A stretch of DNA of 63,479 bases, the filler included, from Choristocarpus tenellus KU-1152 (taxonomy: Eukaryota; Protista; Phaeophyceae), in assembly GCA_964200185.2 (NCBI GenBank). It is 10 parts of 10 records of this genome, joined end to end, with 100 filler letters (N's around TTAATTAATTAA, not from the genome) between each part and the next. Parts side by side here need not be neighbours in the genome. Positions count along the whole stretch, not along the records: positions 44,236 to 53,937 come from CAXNAD020003463.1; positions 54,038 to 56,860 come from CAXNAD020024441.1; positions 56,961 to 60,491 come from CAXNAD020019421.1; positions 60,592 to 63,479 come from CAXNAD020023901.1; 6 more parts are not named here. One strand, 5' to 3'. This document shows, in pieces, positions 52,471-63,479 of this stretch. Every line of letters starts with the position of its first letter. Position 1 is the stretch's first letter. Made by a program: the position numbers and the translations under genes. The notes beneath the pieces are model-generated. The model had not been told where the DNA came from. It searched no databases and saw nothing but the letters and a program-made list of their open reading frames with translations.

Positions 52471-53909
52471 GAGTATGGTTATTGTTGTATGCCACATATT
52501 GCCATACCGATTGAAGTTCCTTATCAGGAGTCCTGGATTCCAGTGGAGGATCTTTCGTTAGACTGAGGTGGTGTGAAACCTTTTCAAGACACTAATCCCA
52601 CAACTAGTAGATATCTATCAGAACTGTCAAACATCAAAATATTCTCTTTGTTGCCACTTACTGACATTTCTGATGATCCCCCTCTCATGAGATTCTAATC
52701 CCTCTGGGGTTGTCTGCAGTTGTCTGGAGTTTTTGCACTGGTCCAATCATAACTTCGTCCCCTCGGTTATGGTTAGTCTTGGTCCGTCTCTTTCGTCTTG
52801 CTCGGTGATTCTCTTTACCACCCTTGCTTGCCTGAGCGAACCACATTGCCACAGATTCATACAATTCACATTGGCGACACCGGTGAAAAGAAAGTCAACA
52901 AAAGTGAGCCAATCCAGGACATACATGAAGTCATCCACAACTCATGACTCAGACAAAGGTTTTCGCAGTCACTCCTCCTCATCTTCATCCAACAATTCAA
53001 AAAATGTGAATAGTAGACAAGGCTCCCCCCTATCTACCCTACTAACAGGTTGTCGTGCTCATGCAGGGACAGTGTTGTTGACCTTTGAGCATGTCAGCTC
53101 CGGCGAATGTCACGCCTGTTGTGCCCTTTTTCAGGACAGTCCAGTTTCCTCACAACGTTCAAGCATTTGTGAGGTGGTCGGTTTGCAAGCACAGTTCGGT
53201 GATGTCACCCCTGCATTCATTGCACACCACATCAACAAGTATGCAACAACCAATATTGTTCCCATCCGAATGACTAAAGGATCTCCTGAAGCTCCAGGCC
53301 AGTAGACACACTTCTGATCATATGAGAACCTGTTGGGAATCATAGCGATGTCTCGCACCCATGTCAAACATCTAAGGGGAATCGTTTTAGATATTCCACT
53401 TCAGAGATCACGACTGGTCTGGCGATCACAGGTTCTGGAGAAGTGTGCACACATCGCCTATTGATCTTATCGTCTGCAGTGTTGATTTTTGATCACATAT
53501 ACGCGCTCATGTTTTTACACATCAGAGTGTTGATCAAAATCATTATACAACACTCGTTTAGCAACGTCAGGTATCAAATACTTGTCAACAGTTTATTTAT
53601 ATCGTAAAACGTTTCCTCCTGACCACGTACCATCAACCTTTCGCTAATGATATCCTGATCTCAGTCAGATATTAATCAATAATGTCACGTTTATATATTA
53701 CCCTTCATCTTGTAACAATGAAGTCGTGAAATATAGTGGTGCAACGATCGCAGTTTCAGGAAAACGGGGTGTACATCAAAGACTACGATGTGAATACCTT
53801 TCATATCTCAATAACCACCGATCTAGGAGACATAAGTCAAGGGGTCGAACTAGTTGTCACCTCATGTCCTTGGCAATGAAGGGGGGCGTCTCATAACAAT
53901 TTGAACCAT

Positions 53910-53937
53910 GAATCAAAGTATCTATCTGGGAGGGGGG
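53910..53937. mobile_element. MITE family A terminus at contig edge
   Basis: GAATCAAAGTATCT followed by a G-run. Confidence 0.55.
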
Positions 53938-54662
53938 NNNNNNNNNNNNNNNNNNNNNNNNNNNNNNNNNNNNNNNNNNNNTTAATTAATTAANNNNNNN
54001 NNNNNNNNNNNNNNNNNNNNNNNNNNNNNNNNNNNNNGTATGAGTCATAAAAGGGGGATAACCAACCTAAGGTGAAGAGGCCACCAATCATTGAGGGCGA
54101 TTGTAGAGACGAAACAGTCGTCTTGGCTGAGAAGGGTGTCAAAGGATGTTTTTAAGTCTGTATATATTGCATCCTGGTGTGTGTCTGGTACACGTACTGG
54201 AGAGTGAGCATGATGAATGGCCTGGAAGAGCAATTAATGCCAGTCAAGAAAAATGATAATTAACATACGATATTCAACTGATGACATCTTGTGTGAAGAA
54301 GAAAAGAAGAAAGGGAGAAATAAAGAAGAAACAAGGAGACAAACTTGAATCAATATCCATTGGAACTGATGTAGCACATAGTATGCCTGTATGTTGAGAG
54401 GAAGCGAGTGTTCTTATGGTTCCATGTACTGTGGTGTTCTGAAGGTGAATGATGATGTTGTGATGAGGAGGAAACGAGATGAGTAAGAATAGCGACCATT
54501 GCAATTGGACAAATCAACATTCAGTATGGACTGACGATACTGTATCGTATCAAAAAACACAAAGGAACGTACTGAAGTGGATGATGGAGGGGTGTTCTTG
54601 TGTAAATGTGGAATGTTATGGAGTGGAGTTGCGTGGTGTGGTAGAGAATGGTGTAGTGTAGT

Positions 54663-54843
54663 GGCTCAAAGTATCTGGGGAGCTGGGACGGCTGTCCGTT
54701 CGGGGCCAATTATTCCATGTCACGATCTTTGTGTGACTTGGTTGCATGCATCAGATAGATGATGTAAGCTCACTTCTCCTGGTCAGGGCCCGAATGGACA
54801 CCCTGATGTAGACCCCCGCCGCCCACCCCAGATACTTTGAGTC
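54663..54843 (+). mobile_element. MITE family A, full copy
   Basis: GGCTCAAAGTATCT..AGATACTTTGAGTC, flanked by AGT/AGT. Confidence 0.88.
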
Positions 54844-54899
54844 AGTGGAAAGTGGTGGAAAGTGTTGTGGAGGAAGGTGGAGAGGTGGAGAGTGTGTTT

Positions 54900-55156
54900 G
54901 AGTCAAAGTATCTTAGAGGGTTGAGCCGCGTCTATTTGGGGACCGAAATCCAATGTTGCGGTTTTGATGTGTTTTTTGCTATCGTGTTTGTTAGGAAAGT
55001 GTCAATCCTTGTTCCGGACACACCTTTTCATAGCATACACATTTTACCTACTCCGAAGTATTTTGGATTAGGAAGATGTCATGAAAACCCCGAGAGAAGC
55101 CAAGCCTCAAATGGACAAACATGGCAAAACTCGTACTCTCTAAGATACTTTCACTC
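54900..55156 (+). mobile_element. MITE family B
   Basis: GAGTCAAAGTATCTTAGAGGG..CTCTAAGATACTTTCACTC. Confidence 0.9.
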
Positions 55157-55179
55157 TTTGGAGGAAAGTGGATGGATTC

Positions 55180-55475
55180 GCGGAAATTGTTCGCATTGGT
55201 TAGTCACTGGAAACCGGTTGCGAAGATTGGTCACATACTGGTTGGTCATTGGACATGGCTGCTGACTGGAAATCAGCGGCGAAGATTGGTCACACTGGTT
55301 GGTTATCGGATATAGTTGGTGACTGGAAATTAGTGGGAAAGATTGGTTGCAGTGGTCGGTCGCTGGATATGCGGGATAGTCCGCCTTGGCTGGTGGCTGG
55401 AAATCAGTAGCGAAGATTGGTCGCCTGGTTGGTCACTGGGCACATGGGATTGGCCGCATTGGTTGGTCGCCAATG
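55180..55475. repeat. Degenerate ~58-70-bp tandem repeat, ~5 units
   Basis: Recurring CTGGAAA..GCGAAGATTGGTC..TGGTTGGTC. Confidence 0.7.
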
Positions 55476-55673
55476 GTGTCGCAATGGTTGAGGAGGACTA
55501 GAATGGATGGAAGGCTAAGGCGAGGCTAATTTATTATCCAGAATTCGTGAGCAACGCAAAGCATGAAATGTGGTGTTGGTTGTTCTGTGGAGTATGTCTT
55601 AGTTGAGAGTGTGGTGTGGGGTGTCTAAAAAATTATCTACACGCATATACTATGTAGTATATGTGCATATATT

Positions 55674-55933
55674 GAGCCAAAGTATCTTAGAGGGTAGAGC
55701 TGCGTCTATTTGGGGGTCAAAATACAATGTTGCAATTTTGATATTATTTTGGTCATAATGTTTGTTTGGAAGTGTCAATATCCATGTTCTGGTCACACGT
55801 TTTTGGAAGGTATACATTTTTACCTAACCTGCAACATTTTGGAGTAGGAAAATGTCATTAAAAAAAATATTGCAAGCCAAGCCCCAAATGGACAAACAGG
55901 GCAATACTCGTACGCTCTAAGATACTTTCACAC
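55674..55933 (+). mobile_element. MITE family B
   Basis: GAGCCAAAGTATCTTAGAGGGTAG..CTCTAAGATACTTTCACAC. Confidence 0.88.
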
Positions 55934-58859
55934 ATTGAGTATTTTTTCAATTTCACATAATAAACAATATATTAATACATTATAAATATAGTTTAATTAT
56001 ATTCCCTATCAGGTATCTGGATGGCTCGGATCTCTGAGTGTGGGTAGAGACTACTACACAGCTATCACGTCGTGTTGAAGAGGACCACAACAGCAAGGAG
56101 ATGAGATGAGGAGAATTAAAGATTAGCCCAGACGAAAGGTTCACACAATCCTAAACGCAGTGCGTAGAGTTGGATGATGAAGGATGAAATAAATAAGAAT
56201 CAGATCAAGCATGACGGTTGAGCAGAGAGAACTGACAACACAACCCTACCAATGAGTATCATGTGAGGTGACCTCAGACAAATAAGAGCTCCTCAAGAGA
56301 TCCCCTGACAGGATCCTCGTCACTCAAGAAGACCTCGAACAAAGCCAGGTGAAATATGATGCCTTAGCTGAGAGAAATGGGACAGGAATGGTGATCTGTT
56401 GGGTGAACTGCACAGCTGAGACCACAAAGAAAACAGTAAAAAGGTAGGACCCTCGTTGGAACTCTCGACCCGATGAGTACATGAGTTGTGACGCTCAAAC
56501 TTAGCAAACCGGGAATGCCTCTGTGAACTCTCGATCCGCAAGAAGCCACTGAAGGTGTCTCCAGAACCTACTCTCCACAAACACATCATAGTCTCAATAT
56601 ATGCTATACATTACTGTCGATACATTAATCTTCATGATATTTTGAGGATCTTTTCGTGGCTTATAATGTAGTAGTTCATATAGCAGTATATACACCCTAA
56701 AATAATGTATATACCTAAAACACTAGTAAAATGTGTTCGCAAATAGTGCTGCTGGTACACTATAGGCACCATTGGTGGAGTAGATTAGGAAATGCAGACA
56801 CCACTGGTGGAGTAATGGAGGAAAGATAGAGCCAGATATATGTTTCCATATATTTCAGGTNNNNNNNNNNNNNNNNNNNNNNNNNNNNNNNNNNNNNNNN
56901 NNNNTTAATTAATTAANNNNNNNNNNNNNNNNNNNNNNNNNNNNNNNNNNNNNNNNNNNNGGAGGAGAGGGGGGGGGTGGGGGGGGGGGATGGTGGTGGT
57001 GAGGGGAAGAAAAAATGGGAACATTGGACTTGTTCCTCAACATTGGTATACAAAACCTGTAGAGAAATGGTGGTACTATATTTGAAAAAAAGGGGTTTCA
57101 ACAAATCGCACCTCAAAGTTGCTGTGTGTGGTAAGATCCTGGTCGCTGGTGAAACTGTTATGTGTGGCTGTCAGTGGCAGTTGGTCCAGAGGAACGTCAT
57201 ATCTTTTTTTGTGGCACAGGGGACAGGGGTATGCATAGTCATTAAAATCATCATTACTACATTGTCTTCAAAAATATTCACACGTATTTGAGCAATGAAG
57301 AAAATTGCTGCCTCGTGATAACATTCATTACGAGAGGGGGGCAGAGGGTGCCAGCAAGTAACTTACTGATATGACCAAACAACCGTTTAGCTCATAAGTA
57401 CTAATGGGAGTTGTAGGGTAATCAATGGGATAACAGACCATAACAGACGGACGGGATAACAAACCATCTTCCTACCCACCATTGGCACTTCCTGGGGAGA
57501 GATGGGGCATGCGACATCACATGGCACTCTTTCCAATACCATATCAGAGTGCAAGCGACCTTGCACCCCGCCCAACCCCTATCCTTTTCCATACGTAACA
57601 TGCACATGAACAGCCTCAGTTCTGTATAGGACACACAGATGTTTGCACACTTGGCACTTGTGTGTGTCAAACTAACTGGACATAAGACTAGGTTAGCCCT
57701 GAGGTGGGAGCGACCCAAGATAGTGACATAATGGCAACCAACAGGGGCGAATAGTAGGAATGGTATGGTCCATCCAAGCAAAGTAGGTCAAACAGTTAGT
57801 GCACCAATAAACTTCCCGCGTCCCACGATCCAAGTGTAGAAAATACCCAGCATCCAAGTGGGTTATCCATCCTCCGGGATTTCAAGATGGAAAAGGTAGT
57901 TAAGTGCAAGATTAACACTGTTTCACGAGAACGTACCCCAGATAGCGCTGGTGTGCAGCCGCACGTAGGAGCCACCCTGATGTTGCCGTTTGTCCTGAAG
58001 CCGTCCTTGTGCCAACCAGGACCGCACACACTAGCAGAACAAGAGCATCCAGAGACCTCAAGCACCAGCTAGAGCATTGTTGCATCGTTCAAGACGAGGG
58101 AAAAAATCTTAAGGGGGAAAGAAAGGCAGTGATTGGAGCACTGTGCCACCTCCTGTCTTCGAACGATACCCAACCAAATATAGCACAAGTCCTCCAGAAG
58201 CACTAACAGTTAGAAACTCGGATGCACTACCTTCCCCTCCCCTGTACGCCCCTTCCCTCTCCAGGAATAGAGCAAGGTAGCAGCTGTAGGTGGAACTTCT
58301 TCTCTCACACTGGGAGAGGGGCACTATCCATTGAGAAGAGGTCAATTTCCACCCTACTCACCCTGCATACTCCAACCACTCTTATCTCCTATTTCTTGCT
58401 GTTCTTTCACAGAAATTCGAAATTTCTTTCATATCAGAGTCAAAAAGAGTAGTTCTATTAATACTCCTAATCACTATATTTCAATAGGTAATCTTAATAG
58501 TAGAAATCACTACTTTCAATAGATAATCCTCCTTTGATATGACTACTACAAAAAAATATTTATGTGTAATGGGCAAGCTACTGATAATCTGGAAATTTCC
58601 CAAGACTACAGAATCGGTATATAAAGAGGCGGTATGACTTCATACGTTTAAATGGGAACAGTTTCTTACTTTTCTAGGGGTTTTTTTAATGTGAGTAGTG
58701 TTGATTGTTTTTTTCCTGGATATCTAAAATGTAACAGGTTATAATAATAAAAAATAGATAATATATACACTAACTATAATTATTATGCCCGCCTAATGTA
58801 AATGGAAAAATATAAAAATAAATAAATGTACATAAAGGGGTTCTTGTAAAATTGGTATG

Positions 58860-59240
58860 GCTTTTCCCCTGACATGTAGACAAAATGTTAGAGCATAATA
58901 ATATTATATAATGAGCATCAGTGTTTCTCACATTTCTGACATATGTTACTTCCTTAGGGTTTACATTGAGATGTGAATTATATATGAATAGTTTTCATTA
59001 GTTTTTCCCCTAACACATCTGTAAAATGTCACACGGCAAATTAATATACATAATAGGCAAAAATATATAAATACAAACAAGTGGTAACATTTTTTTTTCA
59101 ATATTCAGTATCCCCGACAACTTTAATATACGCTCCAACATATTATATTATTAGGCCCTCTGACATTTTTTTCGATGTGTCAGGTGGGAAACAAATGAAA
59201 ACTCCAACATATTGTTGTGATAAAAACATTGTTACTATTT
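58860..59240. mobile_element. Cluster of family C 3'-end fragments in both orientations
   Basis: The hairpin motif occurs at about 58862-58895 and 58990-59035 (inverted) and at 59145-59205. Confidence 0.5.
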
Positions 59241-60235
59241 CTAGTGTTGTCTGTTCTTCTACAGATTTCTTGATTCTGAACGACCGTAAAATACGTTGAA
59301 CAAGAAATGAAAAATTTCGGGTTCTGGATTTAGCGTACATCTGGATCACTCTTAGAAAGTCTCAGATGTAGATAATATCATTTTCCACGTTCAACATGTT
59401 GGAGTGTGTAGCTGTGTGTCTCTCTCAAAAAGTTCACCCTGATAGGTCTCAAATGTTATTGTACTACAAAAAGAACAAAAAAGAACCATTATATTTTAAA
59501 ATTCGAACGCAACAGCCGAAGGAGTTGAGTTCTTGTTGATGTTGTAACCTAGCGTAATTTTTTTTGTTAATAACTTAGTTGTGAACATGGTAGATGGTGG
59601 TGTAACACTCACCAGGGTCGAATCCCTTCAACACCATAGCTCTTTACTCGACTTCTATCGCTGGGCCTGTCTGTGGCTAAAGCAAGTGGGGATCGAAGCA
59701 TAGGCTGGGGAACGGATGTATGTGACTGGTGGAACGGGTTTGATGCATTGCTTTTTGGAATCAACAAGGTCCGCATTTTCCAGGAACCGAAGAAGGTTGT
59801 TTGTTTACGGCAGTAGAGACAGTGGGTGAGGAGTTCTGGGTTAAAACAGGTTGTAGCATCGATGCAAGGGTTGCCAGTACACTGTTGATAACCTCTTGGT
59901 TTGGCAGTGAAGTTTGGCTTGATACCTCATCGTGCATTGATTGACGTCCTGTTCTGGCGAGGTAGTCCTAGTTCCTGCCTAAAGATCGGGGTTTCGACTG
60001 AGGCAGCGAAAGGGTGTGACATGCTGGCAAACATGACACGCACATCTCCCATGATACCCAAACACCCAAACAATTGTGAGTCTTGTCCTTGTATAATGCA
60101 GCTTTTGTGGCATTTTGGTTGTCTAAAACAAATTCAAATTGGTTGCTTCGATTGGATAATTCCTCTTTGGAATTATCAACCCCTTAAGTGTTGCCCCAAG
60201 GGTCTTACTGAGGGCATAGTGCTTTTCACTATATA

Positions 60236-60491
60236 TTATTATTCCCTCTGACATTTTGCAGATGTGTCAGGGGGAAAACAAATGAAAACTATACGTATGT
60301 CAGTATAAGCCCTAAAGAAATAAAATATCATAAATATGAAAACACTGTATAACACTGTAAGCGTCAAAACCACTAATCTATCAGTTACTTCACCACTATC
60401 AATATTGTACTACTGTCTTCCTGTGCTTCCCATCTACCTACTCCTGCGCCCCAGGGGGGGGAGCTAGGGATGCATCCCAAGAATCGAACAC
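60236..60491 (-). mobile_element. SINE-like repeat family C
   Basis: Minus strand begins GTGTTCGATTC (B-box-like, cut by the contig edge) and ends with a CTGACA/TGTCAG stem-loop plus an (AAT)n tail. Homologous to 52255-52470 and 59145-59240. Confidence 0.5.
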
Positions 60492-60591
60492 NNNNNNNNN
60501 NNNNNNNNNNNNNNNNNNNNNNNNNNNNNNNNNNNTTAATTAATTAANNNNNNNNNNNNNNNNNNNNNNNNNNNNNNNNNNNNNNNNNNNN

Positions 60592-60614
60592 CCCCTCCCC
60601 CAGATACTTTGGCC
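60592..60614. mobile_element. MITE family A terminus at contig edge
   Basis: CCCCCAGATACTTTGGCCC. Confidence 0.55.
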
Positions 60615-61226
60615 CAAAGCTCAGCATGCTGTATGATATTATTTCATCTACCGTACCTCTTGTGATCACCAAAACAATGTAGAGAATGGAGGTTGAGGAG
60701 TGACGCATTATAGCTGGTAGATTGTTGTGAAATGCTCTCATAACAAGTTGAACCCATGCCAGTCCATTAAACACATAGCACCTATGGCAAATCTCCAAAT
60801 GAAGAACATCAATACAACTTCCAGCAGGGTCGCTTGTCCTGCACTATCCCACCACTTCCCCTTCCACTGCCCAGTCTCTCTTTCCTGCCCAGCATGCGTA
60901 CTTTTTCCTTTTCCTCGAGTTGATGGCAACCTTGTATGCCATCAAACCTGTCCATCGCCCTAGTGATTTTTCAGGAACGATTTTGAGGGACGCGATGATG
61001 TGCATTGGTGGGAGACGCAAGGGATATATCCTCACATGACAGCAGCAATGCTTGGTAGGTGGTATTGGCGGTGCACTACTATAGTACATGAATGGGAAAC
61101 ATGAAACGGTGTGAGATATCATCATGATAGTGCTACTAACGGTCAGTGAAGAAGAAGGAAGCAGTTCATAGTTATACTCTGGATGAGAGTCAGCTATGAT
61201 GTGTAGCTGCTTACTCCAAGTATTTT

Positions 61227-61463
61227 GAGTCAAATTATCTTAGAGGGTAGAGTCGCGTCCGTTTGGGGACCAGGATCCAATGTTGGCTATCGTGTTTGTT
61301 GGAAAGTATCAGTATCTTTGTTCCGGACACACATTTTCATAACGTAACATTTTCCTGCTCCGAAACATTTTGGAGTGGGAAAATGTCCTAAAAAAAAAAT
61401 GGGAAGCCAGGCCCCAAACGGATAAACAGGGCAATACTCGTACCCTATAAGATACATTAACTC
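61227..61463 (+). mobile_element. MITE family B with a small internal deletion
   Basis: GAGTCAAATTATCTTAGAGGGTAG..ATAAGATACATTAACTC. Confidence 0.85.
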
Positions 61464-63410
61464 ATTTCGCGAATGGTGACATCCTTATCACCATCCTTTA
61501 ACCGACAGTGTATTAAATTTGAACGAAAGTGGGGGAGCTGACAGACAAAATACATTGGATAAGGGCTAATGCGACCAACCATAGTTACTTCCAAGTTCGG
61601 TAAGTTTCTCAAAAGGTACCCATATGCTTGTGTCTTCTTTAATCAATTCTCCCCTCCTCATGCAAGTCTCTCATCAGGGTTGAGACGTTTCAAGACTATA
61701 ATGGACTTGGTGTTATGGGGGGGGATGCTTAAACTCACTGGTGCAGCAACTCCTTCCGCTCCAGCATGGCCTTGTTCCCCCTCTTACGATAAATTTCATC
61801 GTACTTACTGCATCGCTGATGGCAGTACGTTTGGTATAATCGTGCCTGCCCAGCAGCACCTACTCTCAAACTCTCCCTTCCAGGATCGGTCTCACTGTTC
61901 ATAGTGAACCTTTCCTTCTGCTTCACACCCAACCATTCACCAACCCCTTCTTCCACACCTTCCCTTCCGTGACTTGCTGGCCACACAGCAGTCCCTGCTG
62001 TCCATCCAACACCAGTCCTAGCATTACTCCTACTTGAATCTGAGGTGCCACCTCCAGCCCTTGCTGTGTCCCCGACCCCAGCTCCAACCACATCAATAGA
62101 GTCTTCTCCGAATGTTCTAACAACACTGCACAGGGGATTCTTCGTACGTCCCATTGGCCAGGCGGAACTATTAACAAATGGAAGCATTTTCTCGCCCGTT
62201 CTGGTATTTGCTATTGCTCCAGATATGCGGGAAGTGTTATTCAGAGATGCCCTCTCGGACTCCATTGCTCCAACTGCTTCTTCTGGTGAACCATTTCGTG
62301 AAGTCAGTCCAAAAACTGTTGCAGGGGTACGTGGCCAGGCCTCCAATACATTGTTGTTCACTCCATTGAACCAACTCTCATCCCTAGTGCAAACCCCAGG
62401 GCAGGGTTCACTCCCCACCTCTCTCCCTCCCCCAATAACATTTCGAGACCTGTTCAATCTAGGTGCGGAAATTGCAAGGGCATCTCTGCTGGAGCGAGCT
62501 CGGGCCTTGCTGCTGACCATAGCACGTGCTTGTGGGCTTCAGGAGGAAGGCATATGTTGTGGGGTAACACAAATGGATTCAAGGTCTATTTGTCATTTCT
62601 CTGCTTGAGACAAGGTGGTTTCTAGACTGTAATGAGCACAAGCGGCAGAACTTTGTGATAAGATTAAATCGGGAGCTTGAGGCATCCCAGAGTTGATACA
62701 GGATGGCGGTGTCACAGTGAAACATTAGAGTACCACACACAACGTGGAGTATGCTGATCAATGCTAGCAAAGAAGTGTATGAATTAGTACTCCAGTTCAA
62801 GGAGAGAGTGGGACTGCGATCGGCTGAGGAAATGTATAGAATTGTGCACCAAAATAATACTCCACATAATATCAATAACACAAAAGATGAGTATCCCATG
62901 TTTCAGCACGGTATAGAAATTCCTATACTCTTCAAATATAACTCATCTTACGTAAAATTTACCGAGGAATCCAACGCAAAAATCCGTTTTGAAATCGGAG
63001 GTCATCCCGAAGAGGTACATGCATAAAGGAACAGAACTATGGGACAGAGGGAGAAGAATGTTTTGTGCAATGGGTTGCAGTTCGATAATGAGATGCAGGA
63101 ACAAGACAAGTATTAGGGCGACTGGAGAATTTGAATGTTCTCATTTGACTGATATACGCACATCTATACTGTCGGGTAGCGCAGGAACGCTGTAATAAGT
63201 GAGTCAGAACAGAATTGATCGGAGAGGAGATACTGCATTCCAACAAAGGGCTATTGAAATAACGGTTAGCTGTTTGTTGATCGGACCTTTCTTGAGCTCG
63301 AGAGTCCTAGTAATACTCGATGGGTTGATCCTTGTACCACTTCTGTGCAATAAAAATACCTACATGTATTGATATTTATGCCGATAGAGCAGTCTGCTTG
63401 GTGCCGTTTT

Positions 63411-63479
63411 GGCTCAAAGTATCTGGGAGGGGGTGGCGGCTGTCCATTTGGGGTCAATTTTTTCATGTCGCGATTTTTG
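63411..63479 (+). mobile_element. MITE family A, partial at window end
   Basis: GGCTCAAAGTATCTGGGAGGGGGTGGCGGCTGTCCATTTGGGG. Confidence 0.85.

Noticed and set aside
59580-59637. tRNA-like GGGTCGAATCCC..ACCA, and a similar hairpin at ~41975-41997
   Set aside because: Only a T-arm-like hairpin is present; I could not build a full cloverleaf.

Overview
This is eukaryotic nuclear DNA, not one locus. Ten short contigs are joined by artificial 100-bp linkers (44 N + TTAATTAATTAA + 44 N), so adjacency across linkers means nothing. Gene content and (TTAGGG)n tracts suggest a stramenopile, possibly a brown alga or relative (inference). By hand I reconstructed six spliced genes: the 3' part of Tudor-SN, the first exon of an ankyrin gene head-to-head with the 5' part of CSN5, a complete LACTB2-like metallo-beta-lactamase, a RING-less GIDE-domain membrane protein, and an orphan gene with a 20-nt microexon. 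Also present are one tRNA-Leu(CAA), about 20 copies of two related MITE families, a SINE-like family, minisatellites and interstitial telomeric tracts. The most notable feature is a ~750-bp decayed bacterial insertion (22.6-23.4 kb) in which an NRPS-type thioester-reductase fragment is fused to a Rickettsiaceae-like tolB 3' end, probably endosymbiont DNA in the host genome. I found no convincing new multi-gene system and no CRISPR array. All protein family calls come from motif recognition; no searches were run.
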